A stretch of 64,000 nt of DNA from a plasmid, in sequence record NZ_CP118990.1, one strand, 5' to 3'. This document shows, in pieces, positions 48,056 to 57,885 of the stretch. Within the stretch, counting starts at the first letter, position 1; every line of letters begins with the position of its first letter. A program made the translations under genes and the position numbers. The notes under the pieces were generated by a model. It had not been told where the DNA came from, made no database searches, and saw only the letters and a program-made list of their open reading frames with translations.

Positions 48056-48460
48056 ATGAACATGAATGTAAGTCATACAGGTCCGGTGGCGAATGCCTCC
48101 GCGGTAAACAAAAACAACGCGCTCTTCCTCCTGATGGGACTGGTGGCGGTGGCTCTCGTGCTGGCGCCGGATTCCGTCCACGCAGGCACTGGCGGGACTG
48201 CGTTTGATGATGTCTGGACCACCCTCAAAGACTGGACGCAGGGTACCCTCGGTCGAATCGTTGCTGGTGCCATGATCCTGGTTGGTGTTGTCGGTGGAAT
48301 CGCTCGCCAGAGCCTGATGGCATTCGCCATGGGTATCGGTGGTGGGATGGGGCTGTACAACTCCCCGACAGTGGTTGAGTCGATCATGTCTGCAACACTG
48401 GAACATGCCGACAAGATCGCCCCGGCCGCAATCCACCTCACCAATGGGCTTGGGGGCTAA
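48056..48460 (+). CDS. traA: Conjugative pilin TraA (propilin)
   Basis: Long leader then two hydrophobic helices typical of F-like pilin; terminator downstream. Confidence 0.6.
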   Translation: MNMNVSHTGPVANASAVNKNNALFLLMGLVAVALVLAPDSVHAGTGGTAFDDVWTTLKDWTQGTLGRIVAGAMILVGVVGGIARQSLMAFAMGIGGGMGLYNSPTVVESIMSATLEHADKIAPAAIHLTNGLGG

Positions 48461-48493
48461 GGCACCATCACTCGCCAGACACATGAAGGAATA

Positions 48494-48521
48494 GGGCAGC
48501 CAGTGGGCTGCCCTATTTTTT
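48494..48521 (+). terminator. Rho-independent terminator (gggcagccagtgggctgccc + T-run)
   Basis: Perfect 8-bp stem. Confidence 0.75.
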
Positions 48522-48641
48522 CATCAACAGCCAAATATTTTTCTCAATGTACTCAAAACGGACACAAACACAGCCGGTCTTTCAAAGGCGCGTCCCGTAA
48601 TCTCCATTTTGGGTTCGTGTAACCTTTAAATGGAGAGTGTG

Positions 48642-51600
48642 ATGTTAAAACACAAATTGAAATTACCAGCCTTGCTGGGAGCCCTGGGGGCTATTTTCAC
48701 GGGAACAGCCCAAGCAGAGTTGTTGCAGTATTCCTTTACTGCTCCGGGGGGGGCACAAAGGACGTTAGCGGCGACTGCCAACTATGCCAACCCGACGGGT
48801 AACATTCGATTCGCTTTGAGTGCAGGTATTGACCGTAAGGTCAAAATCTCGGTGCTGCGAACGGATGGTACCTTGGTCTCTACAGTAACCAGTCATCTGT
48901 TGGGGGCGGCCGACCGGATCACTGTAGGCGGCAGCACCTACTATGGTGCAGAGTTGCAACTAGCCGCACCGGTTGCGGGTACCTATAAGCTCAAAGCAGA
49001 GATTTTATCTGCGGCCGGGGCTTCGGTTCAGGCGGATGAGTATCCCCTGACTGTTGATGTCACCGCTCCGACATATGCGTCAGTGGCACCAGAAGCAAGT
49101 AATTATGGGCAAGTCACCACTGGTACCCTCTGGAAGCTGGGTATTGGAGGGGCCGAAGAGAACGCCTTCAAGCTCACCGGTATCAGCGATAGTACGCCGG
49201 TAACAAGCGTCAAAGCGAAGCTGTACAGGCAGGATGGTTCGTTATATCGAAATGTCGCTATTCCTTACGATGCAGCCAACCATGAGGCGCGAAAGCCGTT
49301 CGAAAGCGGATTTTTCCCTAACTCTGATCTGGATGAACAGTTCACTCTCCAGTTCGAAATCGCAGATAGTGCTGGAAACACAACGCTGACGGACGCGCAA
49401 AAAGTGATGTTTGATAACGTCACCAATGCCCCTACCGCACCATTTGGTGTCTTTGACCCCAACAGCTCAAATATCCTGGCGCCGGGGTTGACCGGGTTTG
49501 TGTCTTATACCGATGGTATGACGGTGAAAACAAACCCAATCAAACTGGCGTGGCGTGTGCCGCGTAATAACTGGCATGAATACCGGGAGGGCGGGATCAA
49601 TATGGTCAATGCCCTCGGTCAGATGACCAAGGCCGGTGAAGATAGTCAGTATGTCTACCTAATCACAACTTCCCCCTACGGGCACACTGATGGGAACTAC
49701 TGGCGCTGGGTCAACTTCGGGCAGTGGGGGGGGGGGGTTATTGATTACGATTTGGTCCTATCCCCCTCTGCCCCCAAAAGCCCCAGATTGCTGGGAGTAG
49801 ACTACAACTACAGCGACATCGGTTGGTCCACGATGCTGCGATATTACGTCATGAATAGCTCGCTGCCGCTCACAGTAAGTAGCATCAGGGTTAATGTAGA
49901 GGCAAGACCCTATGTGCAAACGGCTGTGCACCGGGGTAGCTGTAGTGTCCCTGCGGGACAAACGAGCTGTGTCATAGCCAACAGCTTTACCATGGCAAAG
50001 GGCACCACGGGGTACGTTCATGACAACGCAACGGTCTACAACGCGGACAGCACTTTGCAGTCCAATCCCTTGTGGGCAGAGGTGAACTGGAACGACCAGT
50101 ATTACCCCCAACTCACCCAGCAATATGACGCCAATACCAAGATCTTCACCTTGTTTATTGCCCAGCAAGGGCGTGGAAGTTACTTCGACCGCCTCCGGCT
50201 GAAAACGGCTTGGATTGAAGATAACAAAGGTAACAAGCTCTCCCCCCAAGGCGGGTTGACTGCCGACAACTGGGATAATTACACCTACCAATGGGATCTC
50301 AAGACCCTACCAGAAGGGCAGTTCAACTTGGTAGCAGTTGCGGAAGAAATGCACGGCCCGCAGACCAAGCAAACGATGTTCCAGATCACGTCGGATCGCA
50401 CAGCTCCGGTGATGACCATCAATACGGCCCAGGGTGCGAATATCCAGACGCTCGATGATGTGATCATCAACCTGAGTGATGCCCTTGACCCGTCGCCGAA
50501 GCTGACATCGATCGCGCTGGCTGGTGGGCCAGCCAACGACAAGGTGCAGTTATCTTGGCGTGAAGAGTCGAAAGGGCGTTTCCGCTTGGAATACCCAGTC
50601 ATGTTCCCCTCCTTGAAAGCCGGGGAGTCATACACCCTCACTGCCAAGGGGCAGGATGCCCAAGGTAACTCCGTTCAAAAAATCGTGGGGTTCCAGTACA
50701 CGCCGCGGCAGGTGACGCTGGCAGACGGCATGGATGGCAAGCTGATGATCCCGGCCGTGACGCAGGAGTTTACCCATGCCGACGGCAGCAAGATCATTGA
50801 AACGGTGCCGCTGACCCTCAACGACGGCTCCACTGTGACCGGCTCCTATGATGTGTTCGCCACGCTGCGCACTGACGCCAAGGTCCCGCTGGTGGTCAAC
50901 GGGGTGCGGATTGAACCGGGCCAGACCATGAGCATCCTGAGCAAACACAACTTCGGGGCCTCCGGTGGCCGCCTGAGTATCCCGGTAAAACCTGCGGTTG
51001 CGGATGTGATCGGGACCTCCGGCCTGCTGGTCACCACGGCGGCGCCGAACTCCCCGATCCTGGTGCTGGACGTGACCTCCTGGAAGCCGACGGCAAAACT
51101 CTCCGCGGAATCGTGGACGGTGCGCCAGGTGATTGACCCGGTGAAGATCTCCGCCCTGCCAGATGTCGGGGTGCCCTGCCGCTTCACTTCCAAAGAGGAA
51201 GAAGCGAAGCGCTCCGACCCGATCCGGGATCCGGTGTGTCTGTTGCAGTGGGACCGCATACCGGATGAGGCCGAGCAGAGCACTCAGGAAACTGACGGCC
51301 TGAAACTGGCGGGGCTGGTGGGCCAGGCGGTCAGCCTGGGTGAGCAGCCGCTCGAATACAGTCTCTATCTGTTCAGCGGTGACGGCGCCAAGGTGAAGGT
51401 CGGCGGCGGCAGCCGCAACCTGACGGTGACCAGTGCTTACGGTTCCGTGGGCTATACCCCCGGCCCCGAGGTGGCACAGGTGAACCGTATCATCGAGACC
51501 TTCGATGTGCGGATGAGCCAGAATCTGGGGCCCGTCTGCTCGGTGACCCTCAGTGCCGATCAGGCGAAGAAAGATGCGGCCAACAAGGCCTCGGGCAGTA

Positions 51601-54128
51601 TCAGTCGTAGTTGCCTGTTTGAATGGCAGGCGATCCCGGATGGGCTGGTGCAGGATCAAGGCACCACTACCCCAGGTCTGAGCGGGACAGTGACGGAGAA
51701 AATGCAGCACGCGCTGGGCTGGCGGGTGAGCATCTACAGCAAGAACGGCACCCGTGTGACCCTCAATGATCAGACCTTTGCCATCGATGCCATAGATCCC
51801 CCGGCTCCAACTGTGGATTTGACCTCGAAGTACAAATTCCGGGACAACATCTACATGGTGCCGATGCTGGGCGACTACCTGGGGGATGCGACCATCACCT
51901 CGGAGCGGGCAGACCTGGACGTGGCGATCATGCGCAACACCGATACCCTGGAGTCGGAGACATTCTCCCCCGGCTGGGGTTCAAACACCAAAGTCTACCG
52001 TCGGCTGAACACCGACCAGCGGGGTTTGTGGGAAGAGACCACTTACAAGGTGAAGGCGGCCTACAACAAGGTGCCAGAGGTGAAGACCGAAGCGGTGTAC
52101 AAAGCCGTGTCGGTGCCGTCTTACAACTTGGTGCCGGTGGTGGAGGTAGCCGGTGACACGGCCATCGACACCCAGGCGCTGCCAGTGCAGGTGAAGATCC
52201 AGGATCAATACAAACCGACCGAGGCGTTTGACGAGGCCACGATGGGGACCTGGAAGGTGCGGTTGATCCGGCAGATGGCGTACAACAAGACCGAGGCGCT
52301 GACGGATTTTGTGAATGCGACGAACGGTACAGCGAGCTTTGCGGTAGATCTGTCGAAAGTGGACACGAGCTCGGTGCGGATCGTGGCGGAAGCGGAGCTG
52401 GTGTCGCCATTTGAGGGGTACAGCCGGGTAGTGCAGTCCACGCGGCCTGCGTTCTTGACGGTGCTGCGAGGCGGTGCGATTGGCGCGGAGGTTGGTGCCC
52501 GTCGGCTGTCGGGCGAGGCGCCGTTCACGGCGGTGTTCAAGCTGGCGCTAAGTGACCGCCAGGACTACCGGGCGACCGGCGACGTGGTGTGGGATGTCAG
52601 CAGTGACGGCGGGGCGACCTGGGAGAGCACGACACCGGAGGAACGCTACAAGTACCAGATGGTGAAGGTGTTCGAGAAAGGCTCCTACAAGGTGCGAGCC
52701 AAGGTGATCAACCGCAACTCCAGCGCCGAGGCTTACACCGAAGTGGTGGACGTGATTGCCTACGACAAGCCGAAGCTGGAGGTGAAGGGGCCGCAGACGC
52801 TGTTTGTGGGCAGCGAGGGGACATTCTCGACCCGGCTGACCGTGAAGGACGAGGAGATTGGTGCTGAGAACGCGGTGGTGGAGTGGTCAACCGATGGCGG
52901 CAAGGTGTGGGACAAGCAGGGCCCGACGCTCACGCTGAACAGCGACAAAGACACCCGGATCAAGCTGTGGGCACGGGTGCGCTCCGGGGATGCCCCCGCG
53001 AGCGACGAGTACGCCTACCGGGTTGCCAAGACCGCCGTTGAGTTCCGGGTGGTCAAGCCACCGCGGCCGTATGTGTCGGGGCCGTCGGTGATCGAGACAG
53101 GCAAGACCTACACCTTCAAGGCCACGACCAGCTTGCCGTACAAGGGGATGGACGTGCAGGTGAAGGGGGTCTTCGTCCTGCCGAATGGGCAGCGGGTTGA
53201 AGGTGACACGGCGCAGTACACGCCGAGCGCTGAGGACCTGACCAAAGAGCGGGTGGAGACCACCTACACGGCCTGGATAGAGGGTTTCCGGGAGCAGGGA
53301 GCCGAGGCTACGCACTCGATGTACTCCCGTGTGTGGGAGTACGTGTGGCCGCGGTTCGGGATGCAGGTACGCAAGACGGCGAACGTGGCCCCCGCCACGA
53401 TCATTGTGACGGCACGGCCGATCGGCTTCTCGGGCAAGCTGGAAGAGGCTGTTTATGAGTGGACGTTGCCGGAAGGGGCGGCCATTGAAGATCAGAAGCA
53501 ACCGGCAGCGCGGGTGTTCACGATGGGCAGCGCGGGGGAATACCTGGTGAAGCTCAAAGTGCGGGATGCGCGAGGCAACGAGACGGCGCTGGAGGAGCCG
53601 GTGAAGCTGGGCGAGGCCGAACAGTACGTGATCGACCTGCAATACTCGGGCTCGAACCCGGATGCGCGTGAGCCGCTGGATGTGCTGCTTCGGCCGTACA
53701 TCTCGGGTGGTCATCCGCGGGATCGGATCCTGACCCGCCAGTATTCGGTGGATGGGAAACCGCTGGAGAGTGCGGGTTTCTATGGCCGCACGACGTTGCA
53801 GGCTGGTGAGCACGAGATCAAGCTCAAGGCGACGTCGGAGATGGGCAAGGATGTCGAGGGCAAGCTGGTGCTCAAGGTGGCAGAGAACAAACTGCCGACG
53901 TGCACAGTGCGCAGCCGGGAGACGATCGGTTCGTGGATCGTGTACGCAGAGTGTGAGGACCCGGATGGTCGGATGAAGTCGTATCAGTGGACGGTAGGAG
54001 GAGAGGTGCAGGCCATCACCGCGGACCGTCTGACGATCAGCAAGGGCAAGAGCGGTGTGATGCCGCCGATAACGCTGGTCGGGGTGGATGACTCCGGTGG
54101 TAAGTCGGAGTCAGTATCCCTGAACTGA
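48642..54128 (+). CDS. Very large secreted repeat protein with Ig-like/PKD-like domains (putative adhesin)
   Basis: Signal peptide MLKHKLKLPALLGALGAIFTGTAQA; C-terminal PKD-like segments (VKLKVRDARGNE..); 1,829 aa. Confidence 0.65.
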   Translation: MLKHKLKLPALLGALGAIFTGTAQAELLQYSFTAPGGAQRTLAATANYANPTGNIRFALSAGIDRKVKISVLRTDGTLVSTVTSHLLGAADRITVGGSTYYGAELQLAAPVAGTYKLKAEILSAAGASVQADEYPLTVDVTAPTYASVAPEASNYGQVTTGTLWKLGIGGAEENAFKLTGISDSTPVTSVKAKLYRQDGSLYRNVAIPYDAANHEARKPFESGFFPNSDLDEQFTLQFEIADSAGNTTLTDAQKVMFDNVTNAPTAPFGVFDPNSSNILAPGLTGFVSYTDGMTVKTNPIKLAWRVPRNNWHEYREGGINMVNALGQMTKAGEDSQYVYLITTSPYGHTDGNYWRWVNFGQWGGGVIDYDLVLSPSAPKSPRLLGVDYNYSDIGWSTMLRYYVMNSSLPLTVSSIRVNVEARPYVQTAVHRGSCSVPAGQTSCVIANSFTMAKGTTGYVHDNATVYNADSTLQSNPLWAEVNWNDQYYPQLTQQYDANTKIFTLFIAQQGRGSYFDRLRLKTAWIEDNKGNKLSPQGGLTADNWDNYTYQWDLKTLPEGQFNLVAVAEEMHGPQTKQTMFQITSDRTAPVMTINTAQGANIQTLDDVIINLSDALDPSPKLTSIALAGGPANDKVQLSWREESKGRFRLEYPVMFPSLKAGESYTLTAKGQDAQGNSVQKIVGFQYTPRQVTLADGMDGKLMIPAVTQEFTHADGSKIIETVPLTLNDGSTVTGSYDVFATLRTDAKVPLVVNGVRIEPGQTMSILSKHNFGASGGRLSIPVKPAVADVIGTSGLLVTTAAPNSPILVLDVTSWKPTAKLSAESWTVRQVIDPVKISALPDVGVPCRFTSKEEEAKRSDPIRDPVCLLQWDRIPDEAEQSTQETDGLKLAGLVGQAVSLGEQPLEYSLYLFSGDGAKVKVGGGSRNLTVTSAYGSVGYTPGPEVAQVNRIIETFDVRMSQNLGPVCSVTLSADQAKKDAANKASGSISRSCLFEWQAIPDGLVQDQGTTTPGLSGTVTEKMQHALGWRVSIYSKNGTRVTLNDQTFAIDAIDPPAPTVDLTSKYKFRDNIYMVPMLGDYLGDATITSERADLDVAIMRNTDTLESETFSPGWGSNTKVYRRLNTDQRGLWEETTYKVKAAYNKVPEVKTEAVYKAVSVPSYNLVPVVEVAGDTAIDTQALPVQVKIQDQYKPTEAFDEATMGTWKVRLIRQMAYNKTEALTDFVNATNGTASFAVDLSKVDTSSVRIVAEAELVSPFEGYSRVVQSTRPAFLTVLRGGAIGAEVGARRLSGEAPFTAVFKLALSDRQDYRATGDVVWDVSSDGGATWESTTPEERYKYQMVKVFEKGSYKVRAKVINRNSSAEAYTEVVDVIAYDKPKLEVKGPQTLFVGSEGTFSTRLTVKDEEIGAENAVVEWSTDGGKVWDKQGPTLTLNSDKDTRIKLWARVRSGDAPASDEYAYRVAKTAVEFRVVKPPRPYVSGPSVIETGKTYTFKATTSLPYKGMDVQVKGVFVLPNGQRVEGDTAQYTPSAEDLTKERVETTYTAWIEGFREQGAEATHSMYSRVWEYVWPRFGMQVRKTANVAPATIIVTARPIGFSGKLEEAVYEWTLPEGAAIEDQKQPAARVFTMGSAGEYLVKLKVRDARGNETALEEPVKLGEAEQYVIDLQYSGSNPDAREPLDVLLRPYISGGHPRDRILTRQYSVDGKPLESAGFYGRTTLQAGEHEIKLKATSEMGKDVEGKLVLKVAENKLPTCTVRSRETIGSWIVYAECEDPDGRMKSYQWTVGGEVQAITADRLTISKGKSGVMPPITLVGVDDSGGKSESVSLN

Positions 54129-54148
54129 TTGGCTGACTTCTCTACTTC

Positions 54149-54175
54149 AAAGCCCGGTATTACCGGGCTTTTTCT
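54149..54175 (+). terminator. Rho-independent terminator (aagcccggtattaccgggcttttt)
   Basis: Hairpin + T-run after giant ORF. Confidence 0.75.
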
Positions 54176-54282
54176 ATTTATTTCAGATGTGCCCCAAAAG
54201 GGCACAAACACAGTCGCGATCATTCAGTTGGGTCCCGTAATCTGCATTTTGGGTTCGTGTAACCCCTGAATGGAGACGTGAC

Positions 54283-54918
54283 ATGATTAACCACAAACTG
54301 AAATTTCCTGCTCTGTTGGGTGCGATGGCTGTTCTATTCGCTGGCACATCCCATGCGGAGCTACTCCAGTATTCGTTTACTACACCAGGAGGCGCTCAAA
54401 GGTCTTTGTCTCCCGAAGCCATCTACGCCAACCCCAGTGGAAACATAAAGTTTGCCCTTAGCGGTGGGATTGACAGAAAGGTCAGGCTCTCTGTTCTGCG
54501 GACGGATAACACAGTGGTCTCAACCAGCACAAGCAAATTACTTGGCGCAACAGACCGTATAACTGTTAACGGTAAATCCTATTATGGCGCGGAGCTCCAG
54601 CTGCCAGCCCCTCCAGAGGGGGAGTATCAGTTGAAAGCCGAATTGCTGACGTCTAAAGGGGGGTCAGTGCAAGCGGATTTATTCCGTTTTGCCGTTGATG
54701 TAACCCCGGCAACACTTGGGAATTTCTCTTGGGGAATGAATTACGGTCGGGGTTCGGCCCCCGACGGTAAACCAATATTTGCGACAGTTGATGCAAAGCA
54801 CATAACGCTGGATCAAGTGAATGATGCCTTATCTGGTATTGGGGATATTACTTACGAAACCTACTGGATCGGCAGGGCGAGATCACGAACGTTTTTTAAG
54901 CAGAACATGAGGATTTGA
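54283..54918 (+). pseudogene. Truncated paralog of the giant adhesin N-terminus (first ~200 aa), cut by ISAs1-family insertion
   Basis: ~60-70% aa identity to residues 1-200 of ORF 48642; upstream leader 54191-54283 also similar to 48541-48640; ORF runs into IS terminus. Confidence 0.55.
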
Positions 54919-56135
54919 CCGACCGATCTGGGTGTGATCTTATACTCTCTTTTACGGGAGTTTCGTCATGAACCATCAAGCGGCATTTACCCAATTCTTC
55001 TTCGATCTTGAAGACCCTCGTCAAGCAACCAAAATCGCGTATCCCTTCTTCGATGTGGTCTTTCTGACCGTCTGTGCTGCCATCGGTGGGGCTCACGGTT
55101 GGGAAGATATCGAGCTTTTCGGCGAGGCGCATCTGGAATGGCTTCAGCGTAATGGATTGTTTCTTAAAGGATTACCTGTTCACGACACCATAGCCAGGAT
55201 CATCTCCCGTATTCAGCCGGAGCAATTCCAAAACGCCTTTGTCCGTTGGATGCAGGCCACGTCAGAGCGTACCGACGGTGAGCTGATCGCCATTGACGGC
55301 AAGACCTTACGCAGCTCTTACGACCGCGACAGTCGTCAGTCTACCATTCATATGGTCAGTGCCTTTGCCGCTGAGAATCGTCTGGTGCTCGGTCAAGTCA
55401 AAACGGATGCCAAGTCCAACGAAATTACCGCCATTCCGGAATTACTGGCACTCCTCGATATAAAAGGTTGCCTGGTATCCATAGATGCCATGGGCTGCCA
55501 GACCGAGATAGCTTCAACCATAGTCAAGGGTGGCGGTGACTACCTGTTGGCGGTAAAAGGTAACCAACCCACACTGCATCATGCAGTACGCGCGGCTCTG
55601 GTCGAGTCGACGAAGAAGCCTTTGAGCGAAGAAACGTTCAGTGTCGAGAAAGAGCACGGGCGCATCGATGGCCGCGAGTACCATGTGTTACCAGCCGGAG
55701 CACTGGCTGAGCAATTTCCAGAGTGGAAAGCACTGAAGAGTATTGGTGTAGCAATATCCTATCGGATTGAAAATATGGAAAAATTTTCGATGGAGTATCG
55801 CTACTACATCAGCTCGGCAGAACTGACACCAGAGCAGTTTTCCTCAGCAGTACGAGGGCACTGGGCGATTGAAAATAGCCTGCACTGGGTTCTGGATGTC
55901 GTGATGAATGAGGATGCTTGCCAGATATATAGAGGTGATGCTCCTCAGATATTGGCCTGCGCACGGCACATGGCGCAGAACATGCTGCGAGCGGAAACCA
56001 GCCGTAAGGCAAGTTTGCGGAAGAAGCAGCAATTTGCGGGCATGTGCAGTACCTATCTGGAAAAGGTACTGGATGCTGGGCTGGCTAAATTGAATCAAAT
56101 TTAACAATTTGTTCACGCTCTCGCCCTGGTATAGC
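54919..56135 (+). mobile_element. ISAs1-family insertion sequence (boundaries approximate)
   Basis: Contains full-length ISAs1-family transposase; left end shares gtgatcttat...cggga motif with second copy at ~62900. Confidence 0.65.
54968..56104 (+). CDS. ISAs1-family (H-repeat-associated) transposase
   Basis: 378 aa; strong similarity between the two copies in this window and to ISAs1/H-rpt transposases (AIDGKTLR, SIDAMGCQ, LLAVKGNQ). Confidence 0.85.
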   Translation: MNHQAAFTQFFFDLEDPRQATKIAYPFFDVVFLTVCAAIGGAHGWEDIELFGEAHLEWLQRNGLFLKGLPVHDTIARIISRIQPEQFQNAFVRWMQATSERTDGELIAIDGKTLRSSYDRDSRQSTIHMVSAFAAENRLVLGQVKTDAKSNEITAIPELLALLDIKGCLVSIDAMGCQTEIASTIVKGGGDYLLAVKGNQPTLHHAVRAALVESTKKPLSEETFSVEKEHGRIDGREYHVLPAGALAEQFPEWKALKSIGVAISYRIENMEKFSMEYRYYISSAELTPEQFSSAVRGHWAIENSLHWVLDVVMNEDACQIYRGDAPQILACARHMAQNMLRAETSRKASLRKKQQFAGMCSTYLEKVLDAGLAKLNQI

Positions 56136-56145
56136 TGGCCAGTCA

Positions 56146-57153
56146 ATGTTAATAAAGATGAGAAGTATGCATGTTTTGCTTTTTATATTTCTGTTTCTAA
56201 CCTTATCGATAGCGTCGGCTACTGAGTTTTCATCCTCAGATGAGGTAGACCTCAATGATAGTCGCAAGCAGATCAGAGCTTTGCGCAAAGCTGAGCGGAA
56301 TGCCACCATCCCGGCAGATGTACGCCCATCTATAACTCGGTCAAGTCAGTCAAACCAGCAGAGGCTGAATCGCAAGTGGGAACATGCATTACCTTTCTAT
56401 GCGCAGAAGGCGATTGAGCTTGGATTTGATTTACCTCTACCGTTCTCCTTTTCCATTGTGCCAACTTATATGCAACAGGGGATCGGTTTTTCCGGCCTGA
56501 AGCTGGCAATCCCCAGTCGTCCGGATATCGACTTTGACCGTTTAAATCTGGATGAGATCGATTTTGGTCATCCAGAAAGCAATACCCAGACATGGCAACT
56601 GAAACTCAGCTCGTGGGTTCTACCGTTTATGCAGGTCGGCGTACATGCCGGGCGTTTTGATGGAAGCTCTGACTTGGAAGTCACCATCCCGGATTCGGTG
56701 TTTAATCATATTAAGCCGGGTATCAAGCCGATTCATTTTTCGCCAGATTTCTCAGGTTGGAATTATGGGGTAAGTACGAATTTTACCGCTGGTTTCGGTC
56801 AGTATTTTGGTGTTCTGCCGATCAGTTATACCAAGTCGGAAACTGATGATAAGCGAACCGAAAGTGTAGCTCTCCTGATTAGCCCGCGAATTGGTCGTTC
56901 ATTCCACCTCAACAATCTGGGGTTGGTCAGCCCTTTTGTTGGTTTTTCTTATATGAAAGTGAAGGGATTTACGCAGCAGAATGAGCCGTTTGGATACAAT
57001 GTCGCTTACAGTATTTCTTCTGAAAACGAAAATGAGTGGGCAGGTGTGGTTGGGCTGAACTGGAATCTGGCCCGCCATTATGGCGTAGTGACAGAGTTCA
57101 GTGTTGGTCCTGAACGAACCAGCATGGTCATGATGCTGGACTATCGATGGTAG
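56146..57153 (+). CDS. Putative outer-membrane beta-barrel protein
   Basis: Signal peptide, alternating amphipathic strands, C-terminal aromatic residue (..LDYRW); AT-rich codon usage. Confidence 0.45.
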   Translation: MLIKMRSMHVLLFIFLFLTLSIASATEFSSSDEVDLNDSRKQIRALRKAERNATIPADVRPSITRSSQSNQQRLNRKWEHALPFYAQKAIELGFDLPLPFSFSIVPTYMQQGIGFSGLKLAIPSRPDIDFDRLNLDEIDFGHPESNTQTWQLKLSSWVLPFMQVGVHAGRFDGSSDLEVTIPDSVFNHIKPGIKPIHFSPDFSGWNYGVSTNFTAGFGQYFGVLPISYTKSETDDKRTESVALLISPRIGRSFHLNNLGLVSPFVGFSYMKVKGFTQQNEPFGYNVAYSISSENENEWAGVVGLNWNLARHYGVVTEFSVGPERTSMVMMLDYRW

Positions 57154-57318
57154 GCAGAGCCATGATGACCAAGCTTTATTTATATTGGGCGGAGCTTCGA
57201 CGGAACAATAATTATAATGTTAGAAGTGTCTAACGGTTATATTAACCATCGTATGCTGATTATTCATATTTATAAATTTCAATAGATTTCGTGATATGAA
57301 GGTGTCCGTATTTCTGCG

Positions 57319-57885
57319 TTGTCGTGGGAGAGTATGTTGAAAACAAATCGGTGTGCATTGATTTTTATTATGTTAATGGTTGCAGGTTGCAGCCATTTAA
57401 ATGATGAACAAAAGAGTATAAAGCAACAGAACATTAATGACATGGCACGCAACACTATTACGCAGTTGCTCGAGCGGGATGAAAGACTCACTAAAGCATT
57501 CGATGAATCGTTAGCTTATATGGTTGTCGACATGAAAGTAACAAAAATTCCTGCTATTGGAGTAGGTGGCGGCGAGGGGGTGCTTTTCATGAAAGCAGAA
57601 AATAAACCCACTTTTTATCGTGTTCAGCGTTTTGATCTGGGCGCTGGTTGGGGGGCTCGTTCCTATAAGGCTTTAGTTTTAGTGTCGTCACAAAACATCA
57701 TGGAAAAATTAAAAGAGGGTCTCTGGGTATTTGATATCGGAGGAGAGGCTTCCGCTGGCACTGCGGCTATGGCAGGTACATCGAGTGACATTATTCCTGA
57801 GTACTCTGTACACATCTTATCCTTAACCATCCCCTCATATGAGCGAGGCGTGGCGCGGCTTCTGAGGTATGATCGCCATCCTTGA
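57319..57885 (+). CDS. Hypothetical lipoprotein (Gly-rich, possible SYLF-like domain)
   Basis: Lipobox VAGC; AT-rich. Confidence 0.4.
   Translation: MSWESMLKTNRCALIFIMLMVAGCSHLNDEQKSIKQQNINDMARNTITQLLERDERLTKAFDESLAYMVVDMKVTKIPAIGVGGGEGVLFMKAENKPTFYRVQRFDLGAGWGARSYKALVLVSSQNIMEKLKEGLWVFDIGGEASAGTAAMAGTSSDIIPEYSVHILSLTIPSYERGVARLLRYDRHP

Noticed and set aside
50628-53813. Long minus-strand ORFs (360 aa and 308 aa) inside the adhesin gene
   Set aside because: Antisense ghost ORFs produced by extreme GC3 bias of the plus-strand gene; Arg/His/Pro-rich, no start context.
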